64,000 nucleotides of DNA from Candidatus Campbellbacteria bacterium GW2011_OD1_34_28 (lineage in GTDB: Bacteria; Patescibacteriota; Minisyncoccia; Phycocordibacterales; UBA12079): assembly GCA_001029775.1 (NCBI GenBank), contig CP011215.1:32148-96147 (forward strand), in the 5' to 3' direction. The notes beneath the pieces were generated by a model. It searched no databases. It saw nothing but the letters and a program-made list of their open reading frames with translations, and had not been told where the DNA came from. The stretch's first letter is position 1, and each line of letters begins with the position of its first letter. Positions 54,849 through 63,162 of the stretch are shown one piece after another. The translations under genes were made by a program, and so were the position numbers.

Positions 54849-55926
54849 TTATATATTTTTGAGATATTTTATCCCAAGAAAAATCTTTAACCCATTCTCT
54901 TGCGTTATCAGACATTTTAACATACAAAGCATCGTCTTCTAACAAAATCTTTATCTTTTCTGCCGATTCCTCGGGATTTTCATTATGAACTAAAAAGCCA
55001 TTATAACCATCTTTTATGGCATCTTCTCCACCATTGCCATATGATCCTATCACGGGCAAACCCAGAGCATTCGCTTCCAAATAAACCAAACCAAAACCCT
55101 CAAAATTAAATTCGTTGCTTACTGGGTTTAAAACAAAAATCTTTGATTTATTAAGTAATTCAAACTTTTTTGAATCATCCGCATTTCCATAAAAAAAGAC
55201 ATTTTCTTCCAATCTTTTTTCTTTTACTATTTTTTCTAGCAACTCAAAATATTTTTTATCTCTTTGAATTCCAACAATGTAATATTTAATGTCTGGAATG
55301 TTTTCTCTAACCAAAGCCAAGGCATTTAGTGTGATATGAAAACCTTTTCTATTTTTCAACACACCGATACCGATGATAGAATTCTCTTTTTCAACAGAAG
55401 TCGTAAAAGAGGATATTTTATCACTAACACCATTTGGAATAATGACAATATTTTCAAAATTTCCATATTCCAAAATTCTATTCTTTGTGTAATTGCTAAT
55501 ACAAATAATTTTTTTGGCTTTAATATAAGAAAATATCTGAATAGTTTTATAGATAATACAGTCAAAACCTTTTACACCGTACGATCCGTGAATAGTCAAA
55601 AAATAAGGGACTTTAAAAAACAGAGATAAAATAAAAGTAAAAAATAGATATGGTTCAACAAAACAATGAATTAGATTTGGTTTTCCAAAATCATTTTTTA
55701 AAAAAAACCTGATAGCATCCCAAAGAGCTGTGAATTGATTTTTACGCAGTCGCAAAGGATCAGGCAACAATTCTATTTGTTTTATGTTTTTATAGGAATC
55801 ATTTTTTTTATGACAAATAACCAAAACATCAAAACCGTTTTGGATTAAACCGTTAACCATATCCAAAGAATACCTCTCCCATCCAGATCTTTCTCCTAAA
55901 CTATTAGTAATAATTAAAGCTTTCAT
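54826..55926 (-). CDS. Glycosyltransferase family 4
   Basis: 366 aa. C-terminal EX7E-type region GFGLVYLEANALGLPVIGSYGNGGEDAIKDGYNGFLV. Confidence 0.75.
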   Translation of the reverse strand: MKALIITNSLGERSGWERYSLDMVNGLIQNGFDVLVICHKKNDSYKNIKQIELLPDPLRLRKNQFTALWDAIRFFLKNDFGKPNLIHCFVEPYLFFTFILSLFFKVPYFLTIHGSYGVKGFDCIIYKTIQIFSYIKAKKIICISNYTKNRILEYGNFENIVIIPNGVSDKISSFTTSVEKENSIIGIGVLKNRKGFHITLNALALVRENIPDIKYYIVGIQRDKKYFELLEKIVKEKRLEENVFFYGNADDSKKFELLNKSKIFVLNPVSNEFNFEGFGLVYLEANALGLPVIGSYGNGGEDAIKDGYNGFLVHNENPEESAEKIKILLEDDALYVKMSDNAREWVKDFSWDKISQKYISVYEIQE

Positions 55927-57065
55927 TCTTTTATAAAATTAATTATATTTTCTACTCTTTTATCCCAAGTATAGTTTTGAACATCTATAAATGCCTGATT
56001 CCCTATTTTTTTAGCGAAAAGATCATCACTCAAAACAATATTTATTCCACTTGCCAAGGAATCAAGATTGTCTGGCTCAACCAAGACAGAATTTTCTTCA
56101 TTTAAAATTTCCCTTATTGAAGGTAAACCAGAAGCCACAATCGGATTACCACTTGCCATATATTCGAACAATTTCATTGGCGACATATACAAAGCATAAT
56201 GTTCAATATTTGGATAACTCATAATCAAAACATTTGAAATTTTCAAATATTCTGGAATCTTTTTCTTTGGAATGTGAGTCACCAATTTATAAGATTCTTG
56301 ATTTATATTAAATTTTTCAAAAATTTTTACGATATCTTCAATCTCGGATTTATTTATACCAACCAACAAAAAAAATGCTTGTTTATTTTTTTCTAATATT
56401 CTAGGAAAAACCTCTATAATATCTTCCACCCCCTTACTTTTTCCCATTGTCTTTAATTTTCCAATATAAGTAACAACCTTTTTATCAGAGGGTATGTCAA
56501 ATTCTTTACGCAAAATATTTTCGTCAGGCAAATTTAAAAAATTCTTTAAATCAACAGCATCCGGAGACCAAAATATCTTTTTCTCATCAACACCATATTC
56601 TTTTACATAAAAATCTTTCAATTTTTGTGTAATAGCAATAATATTTTTTACTTTTCTAAAAACTCTTTTAGAAATAAAGTTGTTTTTAGCGATGTGAATT
56701 TCGAGAACCAGATTATTTTTAAAGAAACTGAGAAACCACAAAGGTAATTCGTCTCTAGAATAGATTAGATCTGATTTTTTAAACAGAGAATAAATTGTTG
56801 CAAATTTTGCAAAATTTGTTGATTGAATCCAAAATCCTATTTTACCAAACCTGACTAAATCTAAAACCGGCAATTTAACAATTTTAAAATTTTCTTTTAT
56901 ACCGTAAAAATCAAAAGGTGTCTCGTTTGTATTATTCAATCTTTTTGGAACAACAAGAGTTACATCGTTTCCTGCATTAGCAAAAGCAGAGCACATCTCC
57001 ATTATCTGGACTCCGTGTGCTTTTTCTGTTGGTATTCTTATGTTAGCAATATAAATTATTTTCAT
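55923..57065 (-). CDS. Glycosyltransferase family 4
   Basis: 380 aa. SPMKLFEYMASGNPIVASGLPSIREIL. Start overlaps the previous stop (ATGA). Confidence 0.75.
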   Translation of the reverse strand: MKIIYIANIRIPTEKAHGVQIMEMCSAFANAGNDVTLVVPKRLNNTNETPFDFYGIKENFKIVKLPVLDLVRFGKIGFWIQSTNFAKFATIYSLFKKSDLIYSRDELPLWFLSFFKNNLVLEIHIAKNNFISKRVFRKVKNIIAITQKLKDFYVKEYGVDEKKIFWSPDAVDLKNFLNLPDENILRKEFDIPSDKKVVTYIGKLKTMGKSKGVEDIIEVFPRILEKNKQAFFLLVGINKSEIEDIVKIFEKFNINQESYKLVTHIPKKKIPEYLKISNVLIMSYPNIEHYALYMSPMKLFEYMASGNPIVASGLPSIREILNEENSVLVEPDNLDSLASGINIVLSDDLFAKKIGNQAFIDVQNYTWDKRVENIINFIKE

Positions 57066-57072
57066 TCCACTA

Positions 57073-57762
57073 TTATTTTACCTTACAAAAATAAACGATT
57101 TGGTGTCCAAGCATATTTTTCCAAATATTTTTTAAAGGAGGCACCAAACCAAACAAAGAAAAACCATTTGATGAAACAGATTTTTCAATATCTAACCCCA
57201 TTGCATTCAGCCAATCCAAAAAATCTATATGCGACCAAAATCTAATATGCTCTGACGGATGATAAACCCATTGAGTAAAAAATCTTCCTCCAAAAAATAG
57301 CCCTATTCTATATCTATAAAAAGCACTATTCGGTACGGTAATAATAAAACTTTTTGTGTATTTCTTCAATTCTCCAATAATTTCTTCTGGATTTTTTGTA
57401 TGTTCCAAAACTTCACTCAAAATAATAACATCAAATTTCCCATCCAATTTTAAACTATCTATTTTTTCCAAATCAATCTGCAAACTTGAAATGTTATATT
57501 TTTGAAAACCCCTCAAAACTTCTTCTGAAATATCCGCAACTTTTATGTCGATCCCCTTCTCTTTCAATTCAACAGGGAGACGAGAATTTCCACATCCAAT
57601 ATCCAAAACTTTTTTATCAATAGCAATATTGTTCAAGATAATCAATTCTCTCTCCTTCATTTTTTTATTTATTTCAAAACCTCTTTCAGACCAATATCGG
57701 TTATAATCGATTTTCTTTATCTCTGAAAAATTTGGTTTTCTTGTGCCTTCAAATTTAAACAT
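57073..57762 (-). CDS. Class I SAM-dependent methyltransferase
   Basis: 229 aa. KVLDIGCGNSRLPVELKEKG motif I. Confidence 0.7.
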   Translation of the reverse strand: MFKFEGTRKPNFSEIKKIDYNRYWSERGFEINKKMKERELIILNNIAIDKKVLDIGCGNSRLPVELKEKGIDIKVADISEEVLRGFQKYNISSLQIDLEKIDSLKLDGKFDVIILSEVLEHTKNPEEIIGELKKYTKSFIITVPNSAFYRYRIGLFFGGRFFTQWVYHPSEHIRFWSHIDFLDWLNAMGLDIEKSVSSNGFSLFGLVPPLKNIWKNMLGHQIVYFCKVK

Positions 57763-57763
57763 C

Positions 57764-58804
57764 TTATTTCTTTAAATCATTTAACAAATCTCTCACTAAT
57801 ATCTTGGGAGTTAATCTTTTATTGAAGATATCAAATGCATTGTTTGATATTTTTTCTCTCAAAAAATCGTCTTTTTTTATTTTGATTATCTTTTGAGCCA
57901 AGTCTCTTCCATCGGCTCTGTTACACAAAATAATGCTTTCATTATCCTCAAATAATTCTTTAATAGCAAGAGTACTAGCTGTTATTACAGGTTTCCTTAT
58001 AGCAATTGCTTCATAAACTTTGTTTGGAATGACATTGTCAGCTTTTTCGGTATTTCCAAAAATCCCCAAACAAAGATCAGCTTTGTTCATATATTCGGAT
58101 AATTTTTCATAAGAAATATTTTCAATAAAATTGATATTATCAAACTTTTTACCCAAATACTTTTTTTTGATATTTGTTCCTATTATATTAAATTGGATAT
58201 CTTTTTCTTTTTCCAAAATCTTTGCCGATTCTATTATGTATTCAACCCCCTGCAATGGAATAAAACTCCCGTGAAAATGAACTACAAAATTTTTGTCCTT
58301 TCTTTCACTATCTTTCGGATAAAAAATAGAGTTGTCACTTCCAACAAAGACACGAATAAATTTATCTTTATCTATTTTAAAATTTTTAGAAAAATAATCT
58401 ATATGTCTGTTTGTATCCAAGAGAATTTTTTCAGCGAACATACAACTATACCAATCTAAAAACCAATCTCTAAAGCCTCTCGGACTAAAAGGTTTGTACA
58501 ACTTTCTATCCCAGACATTTGAATCGTAAAGAGAAACAAAAGCATCAAAAATAATATCTTTACCAAACAAAAGATATGCAAGCCACACGACAGAATGACC
58601 CGGGAAAGCAACTATTATATAATCAAATTTTATATCTTTAATTTTTTTATATTCCTCCAACAAAGCAATGTATTTTTTTATTTTTCCAGATTTTGGATCT
58701 ACTTTGCATTCAAAAACATCAAAACCGTTTTGCTTGAAACCAGAAATCAATACTCTATTTCTAGAATATTCAGGATTATAAATACCAAAAAAGCAGATTT
58801 TCAT
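57764..58804 (-). CDS. Glycosyltransferase (GT-B fold, GT4-like)
   Basis: 346 aa. The C-terminal domain with NKVYEAIAIRKPVITAS resembles the GT4 E-x7-E region. Confidence 0.6.
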   Translation of the reverse strand: MKICFFGIYNPEYSRNRVLISGFKQNGFDVFECKVDPKSGKIKKYIALLEEYKKIKDIKFDYIIVAFPGHSVVWLAYLLFGKDIIFDAFVSLYDSNVWDRKLYKPFSPRGFRDWFLDWYSCMFAEKILLDTNRHIDYFSKNFKIDKDKFIRVFVGSDNSIFYPKDSERKDKNFVVHFHGSFIPLQGVEYIIESAKILEKEKDIQFNIIGTNIKKKYLGKKFDNINFIENISYEKLSEYMNKADLCLGIFGNTEKADNVIPNKVYEAIAIRKPVITASTLAIKELFEDNESIILCNRADGRDLAQKIIKIKKDDFLREKISNNAFDIFNKRLTPKILVRDLLNDLKK

Positions 58805-58806
58805 AT

Positions 58807-59841
58807 TTAAAAATGAGTTTTTATTTTCTTTATCAAATTAACAACAGAATAATTTTCTCTTACAAAATCACTTAATTCCTTTTTATTATTATACCCCTCT
58901 TTCAAAATTGAAAAGATCTTATCTGCCAACTCGTTCTTATCATCATTTTTTAAGATAAGTTTGTCATCTCTCAAAATATTCACAAATGTTTTATTGAGAG
59001 CAATTGCCGGCGTTCCGCAAAGCAATGATTCCAACACTACCTTGTCTAATCCCCCCGTCGGGGCAAGATTTATACTAAATCCTGACTCATAATAATATAG
59101 ATGTATAAAATTGTTTGGAACACTCCCAATAAAAATTATATTGTTTTCCAAACCCTTATTGTCAACAAAATCTTTAACACTCTTATAATAACCATTATCA
59201 AAATCGGAAAAACCTCCTACCAATGCAACTTTTAAATCGCGTACACCTTTTTCGTTAACCAAGACATCAACTGCTTCAACCAAAAGTTTTTGATTTTTTA
59301 TTGGAGATATTCTACCAACACAAACAGCTGTATATTTTCTTTGTTCTACATTTTTATATTGATATTTATCTACATCTATACCATGACCTACTATTTTCAA
59401 CTTTTTGCTTCTTAGCAGAAAGCTTTCTTTTGATGCAGAAAAAATTACATTCGTGATTTTTTCAGCGATTCTTAATTTAAGATCAATATTTTTATGGGTG
59501 TACCACAAAGCAAGTCTGTTTCCTCTCAACCTCCAAAACAAACCGCCTAAAACAACATAAATAGGATTCATGTGGACAAATACACGGTCATATTCATTGC
59601 GATTTTTCCAAATATATTTATAGAAACGAAAAAAAGCTCTTAGCTTATAGCTTATAGCTGATAGCTCGTCTTTGCCTAAAGACAATACTTTTACATTGTT
59701 AGGTAAATTGTGTTCCCCCTCGTAAAGACAGATCACTGTTACCTTTTCATAATTCTTGGCAAATTCAATAACCCACTGGTGAAAAAAACCGAGAACATCA
59801 TCATGTTTATCTATTTTCTGCGTAATTATAAGCAAATTCAT
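58807..59841 (-). CDS. Glycosyltransferase family 4
   Basis: 344 aa. GLDKVVLESLLCGTPAIA. Contains an imperfect heptamer tract. Confidence 0.7.
   Translation of the reverse strand: MNLLIITQKIDKHDDVLGFFHQWVIEFAKNYEKVTVICLYEGEHNLPNNVKVLSLGKDELSAISYKLRAFFRFYKYIWKNRNEYDRVFVHMNPIYVVLGGLFWRLRGNRLALWYTHKNIDLKLRIAEKITNVIFSASKESFLLRSKKLKIVGHGIDVDKYQYKNVEQRKYTAVCVGRISPIKNQKLLVEAVDVLVNEKGVRDLKVALVGGFSDFDNGYYKSVKDFVDNKGLENNIIFIGSVPNNFIHLYYYESGFSINLAPTGGLDKVVLESLLCGTPAIALNKTFVNILRDDKLILKNDDKNELADKIFSILKEGYNNKKELSDFVRENYSVVNLIKKIKTHF
59635..59669. repeat. Imperfect heptanucleotide tandem tract (AGCTNNT x5) inside a glycosyltransferase gene
   Basis: agctctt agcttat agcttat agctgat agctcgt; encodes ...DELSAISYKLRA... 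Confidence 0.6.
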
Positions 59842-59845
59842 ATTT

Positions 59846-61003
59846 TTACTTTAAACAACTCTCCCAATCTTCTTTCATTTTATTCAAATACTCTTGTTTG
59901 TCTTTTATAACATTTTCTTCAATTCTTTTTCTGGCTTTAATGGACATATCACACAAAAGCAATTTATCCTTCAAAAGTTTTTTAATTTCTGCGACAAAAC
60001 AATCTTTATCACCTGTCTTACATACTTTTATATCCCCTTCTTTTAACACACCGCCTACCAAACCAACATCAGTTGTCAGAATAGGACATCCCGATGCAGA
60101 GGCTTCTATCAAAGACATCCCGTAACCCTCGTAGTTAGAAGTGAACAAAAACAAATCGGCTGTTTTGTAATAAGAAAACAAATCTTTTTGCCATCCTTCG
60201 AAGATTATACTAGCTGATAGCTTATAGCCGATAGCTGATAGCTCTAGTTTTCTTTTCAAAGATCCGTCGCCTACAATAACAAGTCCTGCTTTGGGATGTT
60301 TCTTAATAATTTTCTTCATTACTTTTATAGCCATAGAAATATTCTTCTCTTTTTCTAAACGACAAGTCATCAAAATAATAAAATCAAATTGAGGATATTT
60401 TTTGTGCAAATCAAAGGCGGGTATTTTATTTTCGTAATTTTTAATATCAACAAAAATTGGCAAAACAATTGGTTCAGTTTTTAGTTTATAGTTTTTAGTT
60501 TTTAGAGACTGACTTATTCGCTCGCTAACTACCCTCACCCCATCGGCTTTTGGTAATAAAAATTTTGCCAAACAAACTCTGACACGATTTAAGAAAGATT
60601 CTTTTATAAAATATTTACTCAAAAAATCAGTGTGTATTTGTAAGTGCAATTTTGCACCTGTTTTTTTCGCAATCCACCAACCTACAAAACCAGTTTCAAA
60701 AACGTCCTGAGTCGTAACCAGATTACCTTCTACTTTCCACTCTCTACTTTCAAAAATTTCTTTAGAAATTTTTATTGCATCAAAAATATAAAACCAACGA
60801 TTTCTGGAATTTGTTGGATATAAAGTAACATTGGTCCCTAAAATCCTTTCTACTTGATACTTACTACTTGCTACTCTTGTCGACGAATTGAATATCACAA
60901 TATTTAGTTCGTCGACAAGTTTGCCATACTGAACAACCCTCTGTCGAACGGCAGAATCCCTCTCAAGAATCTTTCTATCTGTTGAAATCATTAAAATTTT
61001 CAT
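59846..61003 (-). CDS. Glycosyltransferase family 4
   Basis: 385 aa. GMSLIEASASGCPILTTDVGLVGGVL. Contains three distinct heptamer tracts. Confidence 0.7.
   Translation of the reverse strand: MKILMISTDRKILERDSAVRQRVVQYGKLVDELNIVIFNSSTRVASSKYQVERILGTNVTLYPTNSRNRWFYIFDAIKISKEIFESREWKVEGNLVTTQDVFETGFVGWWIAKKTGAKLHLQIHTDFLSKYFIKESFLNRVRVCLAKFLLPKADGVRVVSERISQSLKTKNYKLKTEPIVLPIFVDIKNYENKIPAFDLHKKYPQFDFIILMTCRLEKEKNISMAIKVMKKIIKKHPKAGLVIVGDGSLKRKLELSAIGYKLSASIIFEGWQKDLFSYYKTADLFLFTSNYEGYGMSLIEASASGCPILTTDVGLVGGVLKEGDIKVCKTGDKDCFVAEIKKLLKDKLLLCDMSIKARKRIEENVIKDKQEYLNKMKEDWESCLK
60211..60247. repeat. Imperfect heptanucleotide tandem tract (TAGCTNA x5) inside a glycosyltransferase gene
   Basis: tagctga tagctta tagccga tagctga tagctct; encodes ...LELSAIGYKLSAS.... 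Other tracts in the same gene are TTTTTAG x4 (60478-60505) and TACTTNN x4 (60851-60878). Confidence 0.6.
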
Positions 61004-61067
61004 TTGTATTCATAGTAGCACCCAAACAGACAAAAATTAAGACCGAGCATCTGCTCGGTCTTATTGT

Positions 61068-61247
61068 TTACCTACGAAATCTCCAGTTGGTGGTCCTTGC
61101 CCATTCGCGACCACTTTCAAGAACATCGTCACCTTTTTTAAAAATTCTTTTCACGAAAGAAGCTGTTTGTGGGTCAATCCTTACAGGATACCCCTTTCCC
61201 TCCAGTCCATACTTTTTTGCAAAAGTAATTTTATTTTGTTGTGACAT
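61068..61247 (-). CDS. Small hypothetical protein (59 aa)
   Basis: MSQQNKITFAKKYGLEGKGYPVRIDPQTASFVKRIFKKGDDVLESGREWARTTNWRFRR. The start is taken at the internal Met of track ORF 61068..61319. Basic C-terminus. Confidence 0.35.
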   Translation of the reverse strand: MSQQNKITFAKKYGLEGKGYPVRIDPQTASFVKRIFKKGDDVLESGREWARTTNWRFRR

Positions 61248-61257
61248 AAATATTCCC

Positions 61258-61476
61258 TTAGAATTGTTTACATTTACGATATCGAACAGGGTTATCCCCG
61301 CAAGATATCGTCTCAACACGGCCTCGAAGATTATTCAAAAAACCACGAACAATATTTTTGTCAGATCCGATTTTATTAGAGATTTCATCAATTGTCACAC
61401 CACTCTCTTTTTCTTCCCAATCTGGAATAGCTTCAAAAACTTTTTGTTTTAATTTGTCAAAAAAATCATTGCTCAT
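61258..61476 (-). CDS. Small winged-helix DNA-binding protein (72 aa), putative regulator
   Basis: VTIDEISNKIGSDKNIVRGFLNNLRGRVETI has a wHTH-like pattern. Lies 10 nt upstream of the 59-aa ORF. Confidence 0.4.
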   Translation of the reverse strand: MSNDFFDKLKQKVFEAIPDWEEKESGVTIDEISNKIGSDKNIVRGFLNNLRGRVETISCGDNPVRYRKCKQF

Positions 61477-61536
61477 ACAAATCTCCTCTTTTTTACAAAG
61501 ATAGGTTAAATCTTGTCTGAATATATAGTAATTACT

Positions 61537-62643
61537 CTATTTTTGCAACAAAACATCCACCAACTCATCCAGCATCTTTTCTTCATCAAAATGTTTCAGT
61601 TTTTCTTTGGCATTTGCGACAAGCTTGTCAGCAAAAACCCTCTTTTTTGACAACTTCAAAATTGCCTCTTTCAATTGTTCTTTATTGTTGTAATCAATCA
61701 AAAGACCTTCTCTTTCATCTTTTATCAATTCTGGATTTCCGCCTACATTGGTCGTGATTATCGCGGTTCCAACACTCATCACTTCTAACAACTGATGAGA
61801 AAGCCCTTCATAGCCAGTATTTAAAACAAAAATGTCTGATGCTTTTATTTGTTTTAACAAATCATCCTTACCCAAACGACCAGACAAAACCACTCTATTT
61901 TCCAAGCCCATTTTTTTTATTTTTTCTTGCAATTTATCATAATCAGGACCCTCTCCTGCAATAATCAATCTTGTCTCGGGCAATTCATTTACGACATCTA
62001 TCAAAGTGTCATACCCTTTCCAAGGAACAAGTCTACCCGCAGAAAAAATAGCCGTACCACTTATTTTGTAACGAATTCGCAAACTATATTTTTCTTCAAT
62101 AATATCAACAGGGGCAAAAGCGTTGTAAATAACGGTTATTTTTTTTTCATCGATTCCCCAACCAGACACTATATCTTTTAAATAATTGCTTGGAGTGATT
62201 ATTTTTTCTGCTCTATCGGCCGTAAACTTTTCTATTTTTTTCAAAAGCTCTGTTTTGAAATCAAATTTTCTTTTCCAAAAATTTTCTGGGTAAACAAAAT
62301 CCATCTCTTGTGCGCTTTTGCTTTGTTGAAATTGTTCCCAAGCGTAATCACCCACCACCTTCAAAACAAATTTCTTATTTATCTTTTTACAAGCACAAGC
62401 AGTTGGAAAGCCGACAGAAACAGGATCTTGAACATAGATTAGATCGGCATCTCTCCCCAATTTCTTTACTTTTTGATAATAAACAAAATGTCTAATTATT
62501 TTTGGCAGATGTCGCACCTCACTGAAACTTAAAATTTTTACACTGATTTCTTTTTCTGGAAGCCTGTCAAAAAGCAACTTTGAATAAGTTGCCGGGCCTC
62601 CCATATCAGGAGGGTATATTCCTGTGCATACCAATAATTTCAT
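61537..62643 (-). CDS. Glycosyltransferase family 4
   Basis: 368 aa. GLSHQLLEVMSVGTAIITTNVGGNPELI. Confidence 0.75.
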   Translation of the reverse strand: MKLLVCTGIYPPDMGGPATYSKLLFDRLPEKEISVKILSFSEVRHLPKIIRHFVYYQKVKKLGRDADLIYVQDPVSVGFPTACACKKINKKFVLKVVGDYAWEQFQQSKSAQEMDFVYPENFWKRKFDFKTELLKKIEKFTADRAEKIITPSNYLKDIVSGWGIDEKKITVIYNAFAPVDIIEEKYSLRIRYKISGTAIFSAGRLVPWKGYDTLIDVVNELPETRLIIAGEGPDYDKLQEKIKKMGLENRVVLSGRLGKDDLLKQIKASDIFVLNTGYEGLSHQLLEVMSVGTAIITTNVGGNPELIKDEREGLLIDYNNKEQLKEAILKLSKKRVFADKLVANAKEKLKHFDEEKMLDELVDVLLQK

Positions 62644-62712
62644 TATTATATATAGAATAGCAATTTTAAAGAGAAAAATAAAATACCGCGCCCAAATGGA
62701 CGCGGTAAGAGA

Positions 62713-63153
62713 TCAGAATGTAATCTGCGACGAATAAAGCTCGTTTCTGACCATCTCAAAGATATCACAATTAGCAGAGATGTTGAACCTTCTAATACAA
62801 AAATCTGAGACATAGGTTATCTCTGGAATAGAAGGAGAAACAAGAACATTTTTATTAACAATAACTTTCTCACAAAATTTAGGTTTCCAATTTTTGTCTT
62901 GAGAAATACCCTCAAACGAGCACTTTCTCTCTCCAGAAACCATATCATAAAAATAAAAAAGAATTGCAATACGATTCAGATCCAAAACCAATCCGATACA
63001 CTCAATACCGTCGATTTCTCCCAAATCCCTGCGGAAAGTAATTTCTTCTCCAAACAAAAAATCTTTTGAGCACGAAAAAATATCCATGACTTCCCTCATC
63101 AAAAAATTAATTTGAACAAATCCTAAATGAGAGAATATAAAAAATCTGGTCAT
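62713..63153 (-). CDS. Hypothetical protein of about 130-146 aa in the glycan cluster
   Basis: ORF with no clear signature. The true start may be MREVMDIF (63099). No TM. A cupin-like small sugar-modifying enzyme is possible. Confidence 0.35.
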   Translation of the reverse strand: MTRFFIFSHLGFVQINFLMREVMDIFSCSKDFLFGEEITFRRDLGEIDGIECIGLVLDLNRIAILFYFYDMVSGERKCSFEGISQDKNWKPKFCEKVIVNKNVLVSPSIPEITYVSDFCIRRFNISANCDIFEMVRNELYSSQITF

Positions 63154-63162
63154 TAGTCAACA

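Noticed and set aside
59635-60878. Calling the heptamer tracts active phase-variation switches.
   Set aside because: The units are degenerate at 2 of 7 positions and only 4-5 copies long, which is poor substrate for slippage. They are reported as an observation only.
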